This document shows positions 20,419 to 31,251 of a stretch of 32,000 bases of DNA, piece by piece. Source of the DNA: a cyanobacterium endosymbiont of Epithemia turgida isolate EtSB Lake Yunoko (lineage in GTDB: Bacteria; Cyanobacteriota; Cyanobacteriia; Cyanobacteriales; Microcystaceae); the NCBI RefSeq assembly GCF_000829235.1, contig NZ_AP012549.1:270001-302000 (forward strand), given 5' to 3'. Made by a program: the position numbers and the translations under genes. The notes under the pieces are model-generated. The model was not told the origin of the DNA. It saw only the letters and a list, made by a program, of their open reading frames with translations, and ran no database searches. Numbering within the stretch: the stretch's first letter is position 1; the number at the start of each line of letters is the position of its first letter.

Positions 20419-21424
20419 TAGGAATTAGGTTAAGAATTTTCTGTCAAAATTTTTCTTTCCAAAATAGACTGAACCTTAAGTTAGTAGTTTAAAAGAAAAA
20501 ATAAAGTAGAAAACTAATATATTGGAAAACTTTATTAAAACAGGATATAGTTATCGGAACTTATGTCAAGAAATAAATGGTTAAATTCCAATATTAGGGA
20601 CATAATTATTTGCCTAGACATTTTAAGATTTATCTCATGACCAGGAATTAAGTTAAATGATTAAAAACAGTTAAAAATCGATAATTCTCAATTCTGAAAA
20701 AGAGATTATTAGTTCAGTAAAAATAAAAAAATAAAGAAAAAAGAGGAAATCGTTTATTAAAAAAAGTTTAGTAAAGTCAAAGTATTAAATTTTCTTAAAA
20801 ACCCGATATAGTTCGGTTGTATTTCGCAAGATAGTCGAGGGTCAAATGGAGTCGGTAACAGTATATTCCTCTAATTTAGAGAAATATACTGTGTTATTGA
20901 ATGTTACTGCTAGTTTTTAAAACAATTATGTAGAGCCTATAAATTCATAGTTAAAATATATAAGGCGATTTTGACTTATTTTTTCAGTGTTCGGAGAGTT
21001 TTTATCAAGTTAGAGTTTGTGAGAGCTGACAAAAAGTTAGATCGATAATTGAATTTGAATAAAATTATTTCTTAGAGTTAACTTCGACTTTATTTGAGAG
21101 CATTGAAACTAAAACTTAAGTTCTCTTATTTCTTGAAATATTTGATTATTATCGATAAATTTTAAATTTGTATAAATACCATAGCGATCATTTTATCCAT
21201 TTAAAAACACACATATTTAACACAATGTGTCAATGTGTAGCTCTTAATAGATGACTATCAAACAAATGTGATTATAAAGAAAATTATGAGAATATTATCT
21301 TCCCATTATGACAAAAGAGTGGGAAGATGGATACAAACCTTGAGGTAGCCTACAGTTAGCAGTTATCAAACTCGGTACCCATTGTTGTCTTAAAATTTAT
21401 CGTAAGTTTATTTCAAAAAAAGTT

Positions 21425-23431
21425 ATGGTCGTTGCCACCCAATCACTCGAAGAACTGTGCATTAATTCTATTCGCTTTTTGGCTATTGATGCTGTTGAAA
21501 AAGCTGAATCTGGACACCCAGGATTGCCGATGGGAGCAGCTCCAATGGCATTTGTCCTTTGGGATAAGTTCATGCGGTACAACCCCAAAAATCCTAAATG
21601 GTTAAACCGTGATCGCTTTGTCCTCTCGGCTGGACATGGCTGTATGCTTTACTATGCTTTGTTACATCTAACCGGATATGACAGTGTTTCCATCGATGAC
21701 ATTAAACAATTCCGTCAATGGGGTTCACAAACTCCTGGACATCCTGAAAACCACGTTACTGAAGGAATTGAAGTTACCACTGGACCTTTGGGACAAGGAA
21801 TTGCTAACGGAGTTGGGTTAGCCCTAGCTGAAGCTCATTTAGCAGCTAGATTCAATAAACCAGATTGTAAGCTCATCGATCAATATACCTATGTAATTTT
21901 GGGTGATGGCTGCAACATGGAGGGAATTTCTGGAGAGGCTTGTTCTTTAGCTGGACATTGGGGCTTAGGTAAACTGATCGCCTTATATGACGATAACCAT
22001 ATCTCCATTGATGGGTCTACAGATATTGCCTTTACTGAAGATGTCTCTAAACGGTTTGAGGCTTATGGTTGGCACGTTCAGCATGTCGAAAATGGCAATA
22101 CAGACTTAGATAGTATCGCTAGAGCGATTGAAGTAGCCAAAGCAGTTACCGACAAGCCTTCTTTAATCAAAATTACCACTACTATTGGTTATGGTTCTCC
22201 TAACAAGGCTAACAGTCATGATGTCCATGGGGCAGCTTTAGGAGCTGACGAGGTTAAGGCTACCCGTAAGCACTTAAGATGGGAATATGCTCCATTTGAT
22301 ATCCCATCTGATGCCTTAAATCACTTTCGTAAGTCCGTTGATCGCGGCGCTAGCTACGAAGCAGAATGGAATAAGTTATTGACTCAGTACAAAACTAAAT
22401 ATCCTGAAGATGCTGCTCTTCTAGAACGGATGGTCAGTGGCGAATTACCCAATGGATGGGATAAAGCACTTCCTGTTTATACCCCCGAAAGTAAAAAAGA
22501 CGCTACCCGTAATCAATCAGGCATAACCTTGAATGCGATTGCTGGCGTACTACCTGAACTAATTGGTGGATCAGCTGACTTGGCCCCCTCTAATAAGACC
22601 TTACTTAAGGGTCTTGGAGATTTCCAAAAAGGGCAATACCAAAACCGCAACATCCGTTTTGGAGTGCGCGAACACGGTATGGGAGCTATTTGTAATGGAA
22701 TAGCCTCACATGGGTCCGGGTTAATTCCTTACGGTGCAACTTTCCTGGTTTTTACCGACTACATGCGTAATGCTATTCGTCTCTCTGCCTTAGCTGAAAC
22801 AGGAGTGATTTGGGTCATGACCCATGACTCTGTGGCTTTAGGCGAAGATGGACCTACTCACCAACCAGTTGAGCATATTGCCTCTTTAAGACTAATTCCT
22901 AACCTGATTGTGATTCGTCCTGCGGATGGTAATGAAACTTCTGGGGCTTACAAAATTGCCATAGAAAATCGTCATCGTCCCACTTTGTTAGCATTATCTC
23001 GCCAAGCATTACCTAACCTAGCCGGAAGTTCCATCCATGCAGTAGCAAAAGGTGCTTATATCGTTAGCAACTGTGATGGAACTCCTGATATCATCCTCAT
23101 CGGAACTGGCAGCGAAGTAGAACTCTGTCTTAATGCAGCAGAAGTGTTAATCGGGGAAGGTAAAAAAGTTCGAGTTGTTTCTATGCCTACCTGGGAATTA
23201 TTTGAAGAACAAGATGCAGCTTATAAAGAGTCTGTTCTTCCTAAAGCAGTTAAAAAACGCCTTGCGGTAGAAGCGGGAGTCAGCTTTGGATGGCACCGTT
23301 ATGTCGGGGATGAAGGCGCAACTATCAGCATTGATACTTTTGGTGCTTCTGCTCCTGGTGATGTCGTCCTTGAAAAATTTGGCTATACCGTTGAGAACGT
23401 CGTTGCTAAAGCAAAAAAAATTTTAAGTTAA
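21425..23431 (+). CDS. tkt: Transketolase
   Basis: [13 protein letters not shown] (ThDP/Mg site) and [16 protein letters not shown]. The N-terminus [20 protein letters not shown] is typical of cyanobacterial Tkt; 668 aa. Confidence 0.97.
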   Translation: MVVATQSLEELCINSIRFLAIDAVEKAESGHPGLPMGAAPMAFVLWDKFMRYNPKNPKWLNRDRFVLSAGHGCMLYYALLHLTGYDSVSIDDIKQFRQWGSQTPGHPENHVTEGIEVTTGPLGQGIANGVGLALAEAHLAARFNKPDCKLIDQYTYVILGDGCNMEGISGEACSLAGHWGLGKLIALYDDNHISIDGSTDIAFTEDVSKRFEAYGWHVQHVENGNTDLDSIARAIEVAKAVTDKPSLIKITTTIGYGSPNKANSHDVHGAALGADEVKATRKHLRWEYAPFDIPSDALNHFRKSVDRGASYEAEWNKLLTQYKTKYPEDAALLERMVSGELPNGWDKALPVYTPESKKDATRNQSGITLNAIAGVLPELIGGSADLAPSNKTLLKGLGDFQKGQYQNRNIRFGVREHGMGAICNGIASHGSGLIPYGATFLVFTDYMRNAIRLSALAETGVIWVMTHDSVALGEDGPTHQPVEHIASLRLIPNLIVIRPADGNETSGAYKIAIENRHRPTLLALSRQALPNLAGSSIHAVAKGAYIVSNCDGTPDIILIGTGSEVELCLNAAEVLIGEGKKVRVVSMPTWELFEEQDAAYKESVLPKAVKKRLAVEAGVSFGWHRYVGDEGATISIDTFGASAPGDVVLEKFGYTVENVVAKAKKILS

Positions 23432-23456
23432 TTCATATTTCTATCATTAACTTAAC

Positions 23457-23488
23457 TAATAGTCCTCTAAAATTTTAGAGGACTATTA
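23457..23488 (+). terminator. Perfect 32-nt palindrome (16-bp stem) 26 nt after the tkt stop. Likely a terminator hairpin.
   Basis: taatagtcctctaaaa / ttttagaggactatta is exactly self-complementary about the 23472/23473 centre. The 3' flank (tgtgttttgg) is modestly T-rich. Confidence 0.6.
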
Positions 23489-24289
23489 TGTGTTTTGGCA
23501 TTTATAATAAATTGTCATGAATTATCAAAAATAACTATTTTATGATCATTCATATACAGACAAGTAGATCCTAATTATATTGATAAAGTAAAAGACACTT
23601 TTTAAAATCGTAGTTTTCCTAGTCAACAAAAATTAGCACTTAAAACAAGCTCATTGATTACTGTACCTGCGATCCTATTGCCGATAATCTAATATTTTTT
23701 GAGTATCAATTTAGTATAGACTTAGTGATGAATTTACAAATGCAGGACATATTGTTCCATCTGAACTAGTCCTAACCACAATTCATACTCTAATCGTAAA
23801 TATTCAGGTATAGTTTCTCCTTCCAAATCATAAATTATAGGTTTAGTGTTTTAAACAACAAGCATCGTTCAGTTCATTTTCATAATTATTTAAACAGTAA
23901 AAACTTAAGCTATCAATTCCTTTTTCCTGAAAAGAACGACAGAAAAATTATCTTTATCCTATAGGGAAAAAGATAACATGGAATGAGAAATCCCTAGCTA
24001 CATTAGCCGGTTAGCTATTTCCATTATAGTAACTTACTTCGACTCAACAGTGTTTGGTTGATCTGTAAATGAAAGCCTAAATAACCTTTCCAGCATAAGG
24101 TAGCAGAAGTTTCACCAGTCGGAAGGATAGTTAAATCGGTTAAGATTCAAGATAAAAAGATAGGATAGTAATTATGAGTAGATATAGAAACCGAGGGGTA
24201 AAAGAAGTATGTTTTTAAGATAAAATTGCAAGGTTACAATCTACAACGTCCTATGCAGCGGAGATTGTAACAAAATATTCATTGAGGGG

Positions 24290-24319
24290 TTGCTAAATTT
24301 ATAGATTTATTGTTAGAAT
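24290..24319 (+). promoter_or_regulatory. Candidate promoter for tRNA-Asn (TTGCTA-N18-TAGAAT)
   Basis: ttgcta at 24290-24295 and tagaat at 24314-24319. The -10 element ends 24 nt before the mature tRNA 5' end. Confidence 0.25.
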
Positions 24320-24343
24320 CAATGATGGCAACAAAGCAGATAA

Positions 24344-24415
24344 TCCTCAGTAGCTCAGCGGTAGAGCGGTCGACTGTTAATCGATTGGTCGTAGGTTCGA
24401 ATCCTACCTGGGGAG
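24344..24415 (+). tRNA. trnN: tRNA-Asn (anticodon GTT), 72 nt, CCA not encoded
   Basis: I folded the cloverleaf by hand. The acceptor is tcctcag/ctgggga (one G-U pair), the D arm gctc/gagc, the anticodon arm gtcga-ctGTTaa-tcgat, the T arm gtagg-ttcgaat-cctac, and the discriminator G. Confidence 0.96.
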
Positions 24416-24661
24416 TCTATATAGAGTATATGCAGTTTTTATTAGTGATGGGCTAGAGTTGTTAAGTTTTGAGCTTGGGATGAGCAATAAAAATATTATC
24501 AAAACCTGCTTGATTGTAAAATAAACAACTCACTTTCTTGAAACTTTCTCAAGTTAATTTTTTGTGTTCTGACATCCAGGTTTGATACTAACTATAAATT
24601 TTGCCTAACTAGCCTGATTTAAAGTCTTCATAGGAGATAGGAAGTCATAATCTAATGCAAG

Positions 24662-25430
24662 ATGTTACAATATGACGTCATTATCATTGATGTTTGGTTA
24701 GCTGAATATCGTGCCGCTCTAGAAATTAAAAGTTTTACCCCTACAGTTAATGTAGCTGTTGTGGATAAAACTCATCCTATTTGATTACATTCTGTAGCGG
24801 ACTAAGGATGGATCGCTGCCAGTTTATAAATGCTTATCCTAAAGACAGTAGATAGTCTGAACTTTTGATAGCATCAAAGGTTCAGACTATCTCACCGAGC
24901 AAAATACAGTTATTTTATTGATCAAAGAAGCTCCTGATATGATTATCGACTTAGAACATTCAAGGGTACTATTTTCTCTTGTAGAAGATGGCAAAATTGC
25001 TCAACGAGCTTTTGGTGGTCATACTTACAACCGCACTTGTTCCGCCGCCAATAAAACTGGACATGCTATTCTCCACAATTTAGTTAATAACCTCCATTGT
25101 GATGAAATTACTATCTATGATGAATGGTATGTGATGCAATTAATTAATTCTTGAAAAAGGGGATGTAAAAGAGATCATTATGTATCGTATCGAATATGAA
25201 AAACTTGGAATTGTCCAAAGTCAAGTAGTCATGTTTGCTATAGGGGGTTATGTACAAGTATTTAATGCAACTTCTAATGAGCGTCTACAGGGAACGATTT
25301 AACCATATCTGCCATGGCGGGGATCCCTTTAGAAGATATGGTTAAATCGTTCAGTTTCACCCTATTGGATTGTATTTCGTTAGGGTCTTAATTTTTTCAA
25401 AAATACTTTGGTCTATTATTTTACTGTAAA
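24662..25430 (+). pseudogene. sdhA: Succinate dehydrogenase/fumarate reductase flavoprotein subunit, inactivated and 3'-truncated
   Basis: Conceptual translation across three frames gives YDVIIIDVWLAEYRAALE (a degraded FAD-binding GxGxxG region), THPI*LHSVAD*GWIAASL, SIKGSDYLTEQNTVILLIKEAPDMIIDLEH, IAQRAFGGHTYNRTCSAANKTGHAILH, VVMFAIGGYVQVFNATSN, MAGIPLEDM and VQFHPIGLY. There are in-frame stops at 24782 and 24803 and at least three frameshifts. Roughly the C-terminal half of the protein is absent. Confidence 0.85.
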
Positions 25431-25608
25431 AATTGATATTTAATATATGCCTGTGGTGATTAATATATTTTACCTGAAGGAAAGTATTGATTCTTAGGGG
25501 ACATCTTTCATCTATTTTAAGTTAGTTAAATTAATTAACCTAAGTGTAATTTATAACATCGACAAAGACAGTTTTTTATAAATTAATTAAAATTTGATAA
25601 AGTTACTG

Positions 25609-26802
25609 TCAGTCAATCTCTGTAACTCGCCAACTTAATTTAAGATTAAACCAAAAATTACAAAAAGTAACTATGGCAATCGCTAATAAGTTTGCTATAT
25701 ATTTATTATAGTTAAAAATACTAACAAATATATTCAAAAATAATACATTGAGAATTAATCCTGCCAAACAAATTAAATTAAATTTAATTAAGCGTTTTAA
25801 TCTTTGTCTTTTTTGTGGTTGTTGGCGGGAAATATCTCCAAATGTCCAACAATCATTCCAGAGAAAATTATTAATAACAGCCAACTCAGCCGCGATAATT
25901 TTACTACGTATTAAAGGTAATTCTGGGCCGATCTTATCACTTAATAAGTAAAAAAATACCATATCAACAACAACACCAGTTAATCCAACTAAACTAAACT
26001 TGATAAATCTGGCTGAAATTGATAAGCGTAAGCCCAATAAATGCTGGATATATTCTATATATTGTTTCCAAGTGACTTTACTCTCTCCATCCTGACGTTC
26101 TCGAAATACATAACCTACTTCAGCAATCCAACTGATAGAACCTCTTGCAGTTACCTCAATGAGGATTTTGTATCCCACTGGACTTAATACCTTGCAGGCT
26201 ATAGCATTGCGACGCACCATAAAATAACCACTCATGGGATCAGAAAGTCGACTAATAACTTCTGGGAGAATTATCAATCCTAATATTTGCGCCCCACGGG
26301 AGAGAAAACGACGCAAAATACTCCACTCACTGACACCGCCTCCTTCAACATGACGACTAGCAACAGCTAAATCAGCCCCTCTTTCCATTTCTTTTAATAG
26401 TTTTTCTAACACTTCTGGGGGATGTTGTAGGTCTGCATCAATGACCCCTAAAATTTCTCCTTTCGCTACTTGCCACCCTCGAATAACCGCCGTTGATAAA
26501 CCTTTTTCATTAACACGGCGCATTACGTGCAGTTGGGGATAGTTAGAGGTTAATTCTAAAGCTAATTTCCAGGTATGATCAGGACTATCGTCATCAACAA
26601 TTATTAGTTCATAACGTTCTGACATATATTGGTCCAACAACTGACTTAAAATTTCAACTATATCCTTAATATTCCCGGCTTCGTTATAAGTTGGGAGAAT
26701 GAGAGATAATTTGGGAAGAAAATCGCGAGCAATTTCTTTAGTTGCACAAAAGTAAGAAATTTTTAAAGTCCCAGAGGGAGTAGAGAGAAGGGATTGATTC
26801 AT
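25609..26802 (-). CDS. Family 2 glycosyltransferase (polyprenyl-phosphate sugar synthase-like) fused to a C-terminal GtrA-like membrane domain
   Basis: GT2 blocks LILPTYNEAGNI, IIVDDDSPD and IDADLQHPPE are followed by about four hydrophobic helices (RFIKFSLVGLTGVVVD ... NFWFNLKLSWRV). Confidence 0.85.
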   Translation of the reverse strand: MNQSLLSTPSGTLKISYFCATKEIARDFLPKLSLILPTYNEAGNIKDIVEILSQLLDQYMSERYELIIVDDDSPDHTWKLALELTSNYPQLHVMRRVNEKGLSTAVIRGWQVAKGEILGVIDADLQHPPEVLEKLLKEMERGADLAVASRHVEGGGVSEWSILRRFLSRGAQILGLIILPEVISRLSDPMSGYFMVRRNAIACKVLSPVGYKILIEVTARGSISWIAEVGYVFRERQDGESKVTWKQYIEYIQHLLGLRLSISARFIKFSLVGLTGVVVDMVFFYLLSDKIGPELPLIRSKIIAAELAVINNFLWNDCWTFGDISRQQPQKRQRLKRLIKFNLICLAGLILNVLFLNIFVSIFNYNKYIANLLAIAIVTFCNFWFNLKLSWRVTEID

Positions 26803-27136
26803 TAGTTATTAAAGTTTAATAAAAGTTGTTTAAGAATTGTTTGACAATATTGTCGATTGAGTCAGAAAACAAGTAATGAAAATTGATTAAATCTAGCGAT
26901 TTTAAATAAAAAGTACTTATTTAAATGAATTTAACTTGTTTCAATTCAATTCTACTAACTCAATAGGTTGACACAGGTACTTAAAACAGAAATAATTATG
27001 GAAGAAAATTATAGATAAAACAGTTTCAGGTTCATATCATACATCCTAATTCATGTAAAAACTCTGAATTTATATCCCAATTCTATAGAAAGACAACTCA
27101 GTTTTTTTCTAAAAAAATACTTGATTTTTGTCGTCG

Positions 27137-28300
27137 ATGTCATCTCATGAAAAGCTAGCAGTTCGAGGTACAATTTGAACAATAGCAAGTTATGGGGAAG
27201 TTAAGTTTTGCATCTTGCTGATAGTATCATCCTGACTTGTCTATTAGTTCCAGGGTTATTCACTCTAATAGCATTGATTAGTGCCTTTGTTCAGAGTCTT
27301 GACCTGTTTTTTATATAGGTATTAAAACTAGTATTATTTGCAGTCCAAAGGGAGAAACTCAATCTTTTCTCAACAGAGCTTGAATTTTACAAATTGTTCG
27401 TGGTTTTGTTTTGTGATTAGGTTGTTGCTTTATAGCCTAGTTGGATGGTGATCTTTGAGCCTCATGGCTAATATTAATCATTCGTTTAGCTACCATTATT
27501 AATAGATTTAGCTTTATTTCTTTAACTACTCTTAATCGTAAGATGGCATTAGGTATCCTAAACAGATTTGAGTTTAAAGTTCAATTCTTAGTTATAGCCA
27601 TCAAAGTTATCTGGGCTTATTTTCAAGGAACGATTTGGGCTTTATTTGGTGGAAGTTTACTAAATAACATATTCACGTTAATCGAAAGCTATCCTTTAAA
27701 AGCAAGTTCACTCAGATGTTTGACTTGGAAAAAAAGTTGATCAAGGAATTCGTTTCTTTTGGTCGCTAGATTTTTATTTCTACGGTAATATTCTGGTTGG
27801 TTAACTCAGCTGATAAACTCCTTTTAGGAAAATTCTTGTCCTTGGAGATTTTAGCTATTTATACATTTTTTTTACTTACTAACTTGTTTAAGATCGTAGC
27901 AAAAAGAATAATCCGTCAAGTAATTTTCTCCTTGATAGCTCGCGATAATAAGATTTTCAAGGAAAAACTTGGAAAAAAATATCTAAAGTCTGTTAGCATA
28001 TCTTACTTTTTATTCTGTATGGTGTAACTATGTTAGTAAGTTTTGATGGCACAAGAATTATTACTCTATACCATGATAAGTATATTCAAGTAGATCGGAT
28101 ATTATCGATGCTTTTCTTTGAATTTTGACAACAACTTTTTTTATAACCATTAATCAAAATTTTTTGGTTATAGGTAAGCCGTGTTATAAGAATTTTGGGA
28201 ACTTTTCAAATTTTTACGTATGATCGTCATGTTACCATTATTATTTTGTTTACAGGGAATTATTGAACTCATACTTAATCATTAAATTTAATGACATTAT
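27137..28300 (+). pseudogene. Wzx-type oligosaccharide/polysaccharide flippase, heavily decayed (3' limit approximate)
   Basis: The ATG at 27137 gives MSSHEKLAVRGTI*TIASYG, with a TGA at 27176 where family members commonly have Trp. Later fragments in shifting frames resemble conserved flippase segments: VIWAYFQGTIWALFGGSLL and WLVNSADKLLLGKFLSLEILAIYTF. Track ORFs 27543-27740 and 27797-28027 are pieces of this gene. Confidence 0.7.
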
Positions 28301-28886
28301 GTTTTACACTTCAGTTGCCTATGACGTCTAAAGACCCAAAGTTAATTTAAAGTAGTACTTATTTTAATCTATTAAACCGTACCAAATAGTACTTTTTTTT
28401 TAAAAAAATTTTAGTCATGAAATAGCGTTTTTAGGCAAAAGTAATCTTTTTCATGAATTTTAAGTACATAAAATAATTAATATATAACATTTTTATTGTT
28501 GTCTTTTCTTAACCGTTCCCCATCCACCGTTTTTTATTTTCGATTTCCTGCTATCAGTTTACCATCCCAAATTTGATGAAACCAAAATTTATAATAAATA
28601 CACAAGTAAAAAATAAGTTTATTGTCAATCAAGTTGAAACAATTTTGTAGTTTATAAAGCCAACTACAGTATAGCTTTTACACTTAATCTAATGCAACGC
28701 TCTTATTTTTCTATTTTATAAATTATATAAATTGCAAGTAATCTTTATACAACTATTATAAATCATGGGGTCCAAGTGCATTGAAAATTAAATAACTAAG
28801 AATTAATTATATTTTAGTTTGGTATGTAGGAATAGCATAATAACACTAGTCATCAAAGTATACTTACAATAATTTTAAAAGACAAA

Positions 28887-30956
28887 TTATTGTAAGTTAA
28901 GTGAATTGGATTCTTGTATTTGTTTTAATAATTCTTCCATAGTTTTGGCTGGTTCTAAACAAATTAATCCTTGACAAAGCAGCCCAACAGAATTATTAGG
29001 AAGATTATTATCGACGCGATAAACTGTAGTGGGAAAATATTGAGAACTTAATTGTTTTAAAACCTCTGGGTTGCTTCTGACTAAATTACCAAAACGGTAC
29101 CAGTCTAAGGCTAAAAATAAACTTGGACAAGCTTTAGGTGATTGACTTAGAACAGAACTAAACGCCTGTAGTCCTTGTTCGGCGCGATTAAGATATTTTA
29201 AGTTGTCTGTGAGTCGGGCTAAGCGCACTAAATTGCTTATAGCAATACCATTAGCGGAAGGAGTAGCATTATCGATATAATTCCGTTCTCGGACTAATAA
29301 ATCTTCACTATTATCAGAAGCATTATCAAAGTAACCTCCCTTTTCCATACTCCAGAAAAACTCGTCGAATTCTTGTTGAATATTGATCGCTTTTTCTAGC
29401 CATTGAGTTTGGCTAGGATTTGCTGTTTGTAAATCCAATAATGCTTTGATAAACAAAGCATAATCTTCTGACTGAGCTAATACAGAGGGGTTACCACTAT
29501 AATTGAGACGATGTAATCGTTTTTCTTTCCATTGTTTATTCAGAATAAACTCAGTAGCCTTGATAGCTAATTTCCAATACAAAGGTTCTCTAAAAACTCC
29601 ATAAGTCCTAGCCAAACCTGAAATCATTAAGCTATTCCAGGCAACAATCATTTTAGTATCTGTTACAGGAGAAATGCGTCCTGTCCAGGATTTTTTTTGG
29701 ACTTCTTCTTTATTTTTTACTGGAGGAAAAGTAATTAAATCTTCTCTGGAATTTCCATAACGTAATATGAATAATTTATCTAATATTTTTTCTATATCTT
29801 CTGAAAATACTCCTTTTTGACGAAGTTGTAAAACATTTTTTCCCTCAAAATTTCCTTGAGGAGTGATGAAAAATACTTTTGCTAACACTTTTAATTCGTT
29901 TAAAGTTAAACTGTCTTGTAACTGTTTATAACTCCAGACATAAAATGCTCCTTCTTCTGGGTTTTCACTTTGGGTAGTAGTGAAATTATCTGCATCTTGA
30001 GATGCATAAAAATAACCTTGTGGAGCAGTCATTTCCCGTTGCAACCATTCCACCGTGAGCGTAATCGCTCGTTTAAACGCAGGTTCGGTTTGTCCTTGAC
30101 TCCAAAGATTAGCTAAATATTCGATAATTTGCCCATTGTCATAGAGCATCTTTTCGAAATGCGGAACTGTCCAAGTTGGATCTATGGTATAACGATGGAA
30201 GCCACCTCCTACATGATCATAAATTCCCCCTAAAGCTAAATCTTCTCCCCTTTGATTAGCAATGGCTTTACTCTCTTCTTGAGAATTCCAAGCAAACCGA
30301 CTCCCTTGTAAAACGAGATTTACATATGGAATCATGGGAAAACAGGGATAGTCAACATTTTGGGAACTAACCTTAATAATCTCCGTATTGATAGTAATTC
30401 CCTGATAAAAAAGCTCGTTGTTTAGTAATTCGGTTTCAGTTGACGGAAAAAGAGCTGACCTTCGTAGGGTAGTCAGAAATTCCTGTTTGAAATTATTTAG
30501 TTTTTTGGTTTCTGTCTCATAAAAACGGCAAATTAACTGTAAGATACGTAAAAAACCCGGACGTCCGTAACGAGGCTCTACCGGAAAATAAGTCCCCCCA
30601 TAGAAAGGAACCATATCTCCGGGTGTCAAAAAAATATTGAGCGGCCATCCTCCTTGTAACCCCATCATCTGAACTGCTTTTATATAAATTCTGTCGAGAT
30701 CAGGACGTTCTTCTCGGTCTACTTTAATAGGCAGAAAATTGATGTTAAGATAATCTGCGATTACTTTATCACAAAAAGCTTCTCTCTCCATCACCGTGCA
30801 CCAGTGACAGCTAGAATAGCCTATTGAAAGAAAAATTGGTTTGTTTTGTTTGTGGGCTCTTGAGAGAGCTTCTTCGCACCAATACCACCAGTCTATGGGG
30901 TTATCAGCGTGTTTACGTAAGTAAAGACTTTGAGCCATTGCCAGACGGTTAGACAT
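28887..30956 (-). CDS. Thioredoxin-domain protein of the DUF255/YyaL family (N-terminal thioredoxin-like domain plus an alpha/alpha-toroid domain)
   Basis: NRLA...SLYLRKHADNPIDWWYW, SCHWCTVMEREAF and GGFHRYTIDPTWTVPHFEKMLYDNGQ are the family hallmarks; 689 aa and intact. Confidence 0.9.
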   Translation of the reverse strand: MSNRLAMAQSLYLRKHADNPIDWWYWCEEALSRAHKQNKPIFLSIGYSSCHWCTVMEREAFCDKVIADYLNINFLPIKVDREERPDLDRIYIKAVQMMGLQGGWPLNIFLTPGDMVPFYGGTYFPVEPRYGRPGFLRILQLICRFYETETKKLNNFKQEFLTTLRRSALFPSTETELLNNELFYQGITINTEIIKVSSQNVDYPCFPMIPYVNLVLQGSRFAWNSQEESKAIANQRGEDLALGGIYDHVGGGFHRYTIDPTWTVPHFEKMLYDNGQIIEYLANLWSQGQTEPAFKRAITLTVEWLQREMTAPQGYFYASQDADNFTTTQSENPEEGAFYVWSYKQLQDSLTLNELKVLAKVFFITPQGNFEGKNVLQLRQKGVFSEDIEKILDKLFILRYGNSREDLITFPPVKNKEEVQKKSWTGRISPVTDTKMIVAWNSLMISGLARTYGVFREPLYWKLAIKATEFILNKQWKEKRLHRLNYSGNPSVLAQSEDYALFIKALLDLQTANPSQTQWLEKAINIQQEFDEFFWSMEKGGYFDNASDNSEDLLVRERNYIDNATPSANGIAISNLVRLARLTDNLKYLNRAEQGLQAFSSVLSQSPKACPSLFLALDWYRFGNLVRSNPEVLKQLSSQYFPTTVYRVDNNLPNNSVGLLCQGLICLEPAKTMEELLKQIQESNSLNLQ

Positions 30957-31251
30957 AAAAATTAAATAATCGTGTGTTTTTCCCCCAATAGTTTAACCGA
31001 AATTTTAGAAGAGATTCTTCCCTGAAATCTAGTCAGCTAAAAATATACTCAAGCTAGTTTAGGTAAAGGGCTTGCAAAAAGTTAATTTATCAAAATTAAT
31101 TCCAATAATCTCTATTTATGCTAATTTTGTAGTACTTCTATAAGAGACGGAACTTGATTATCCTTAATAAGGTCAACGAATTACGTTAAGTGTTATCGTC
31201 CGATCTAATTGTTCAAATAGCCATAGTAACAATAGTTTATTTTAAAAAGCC

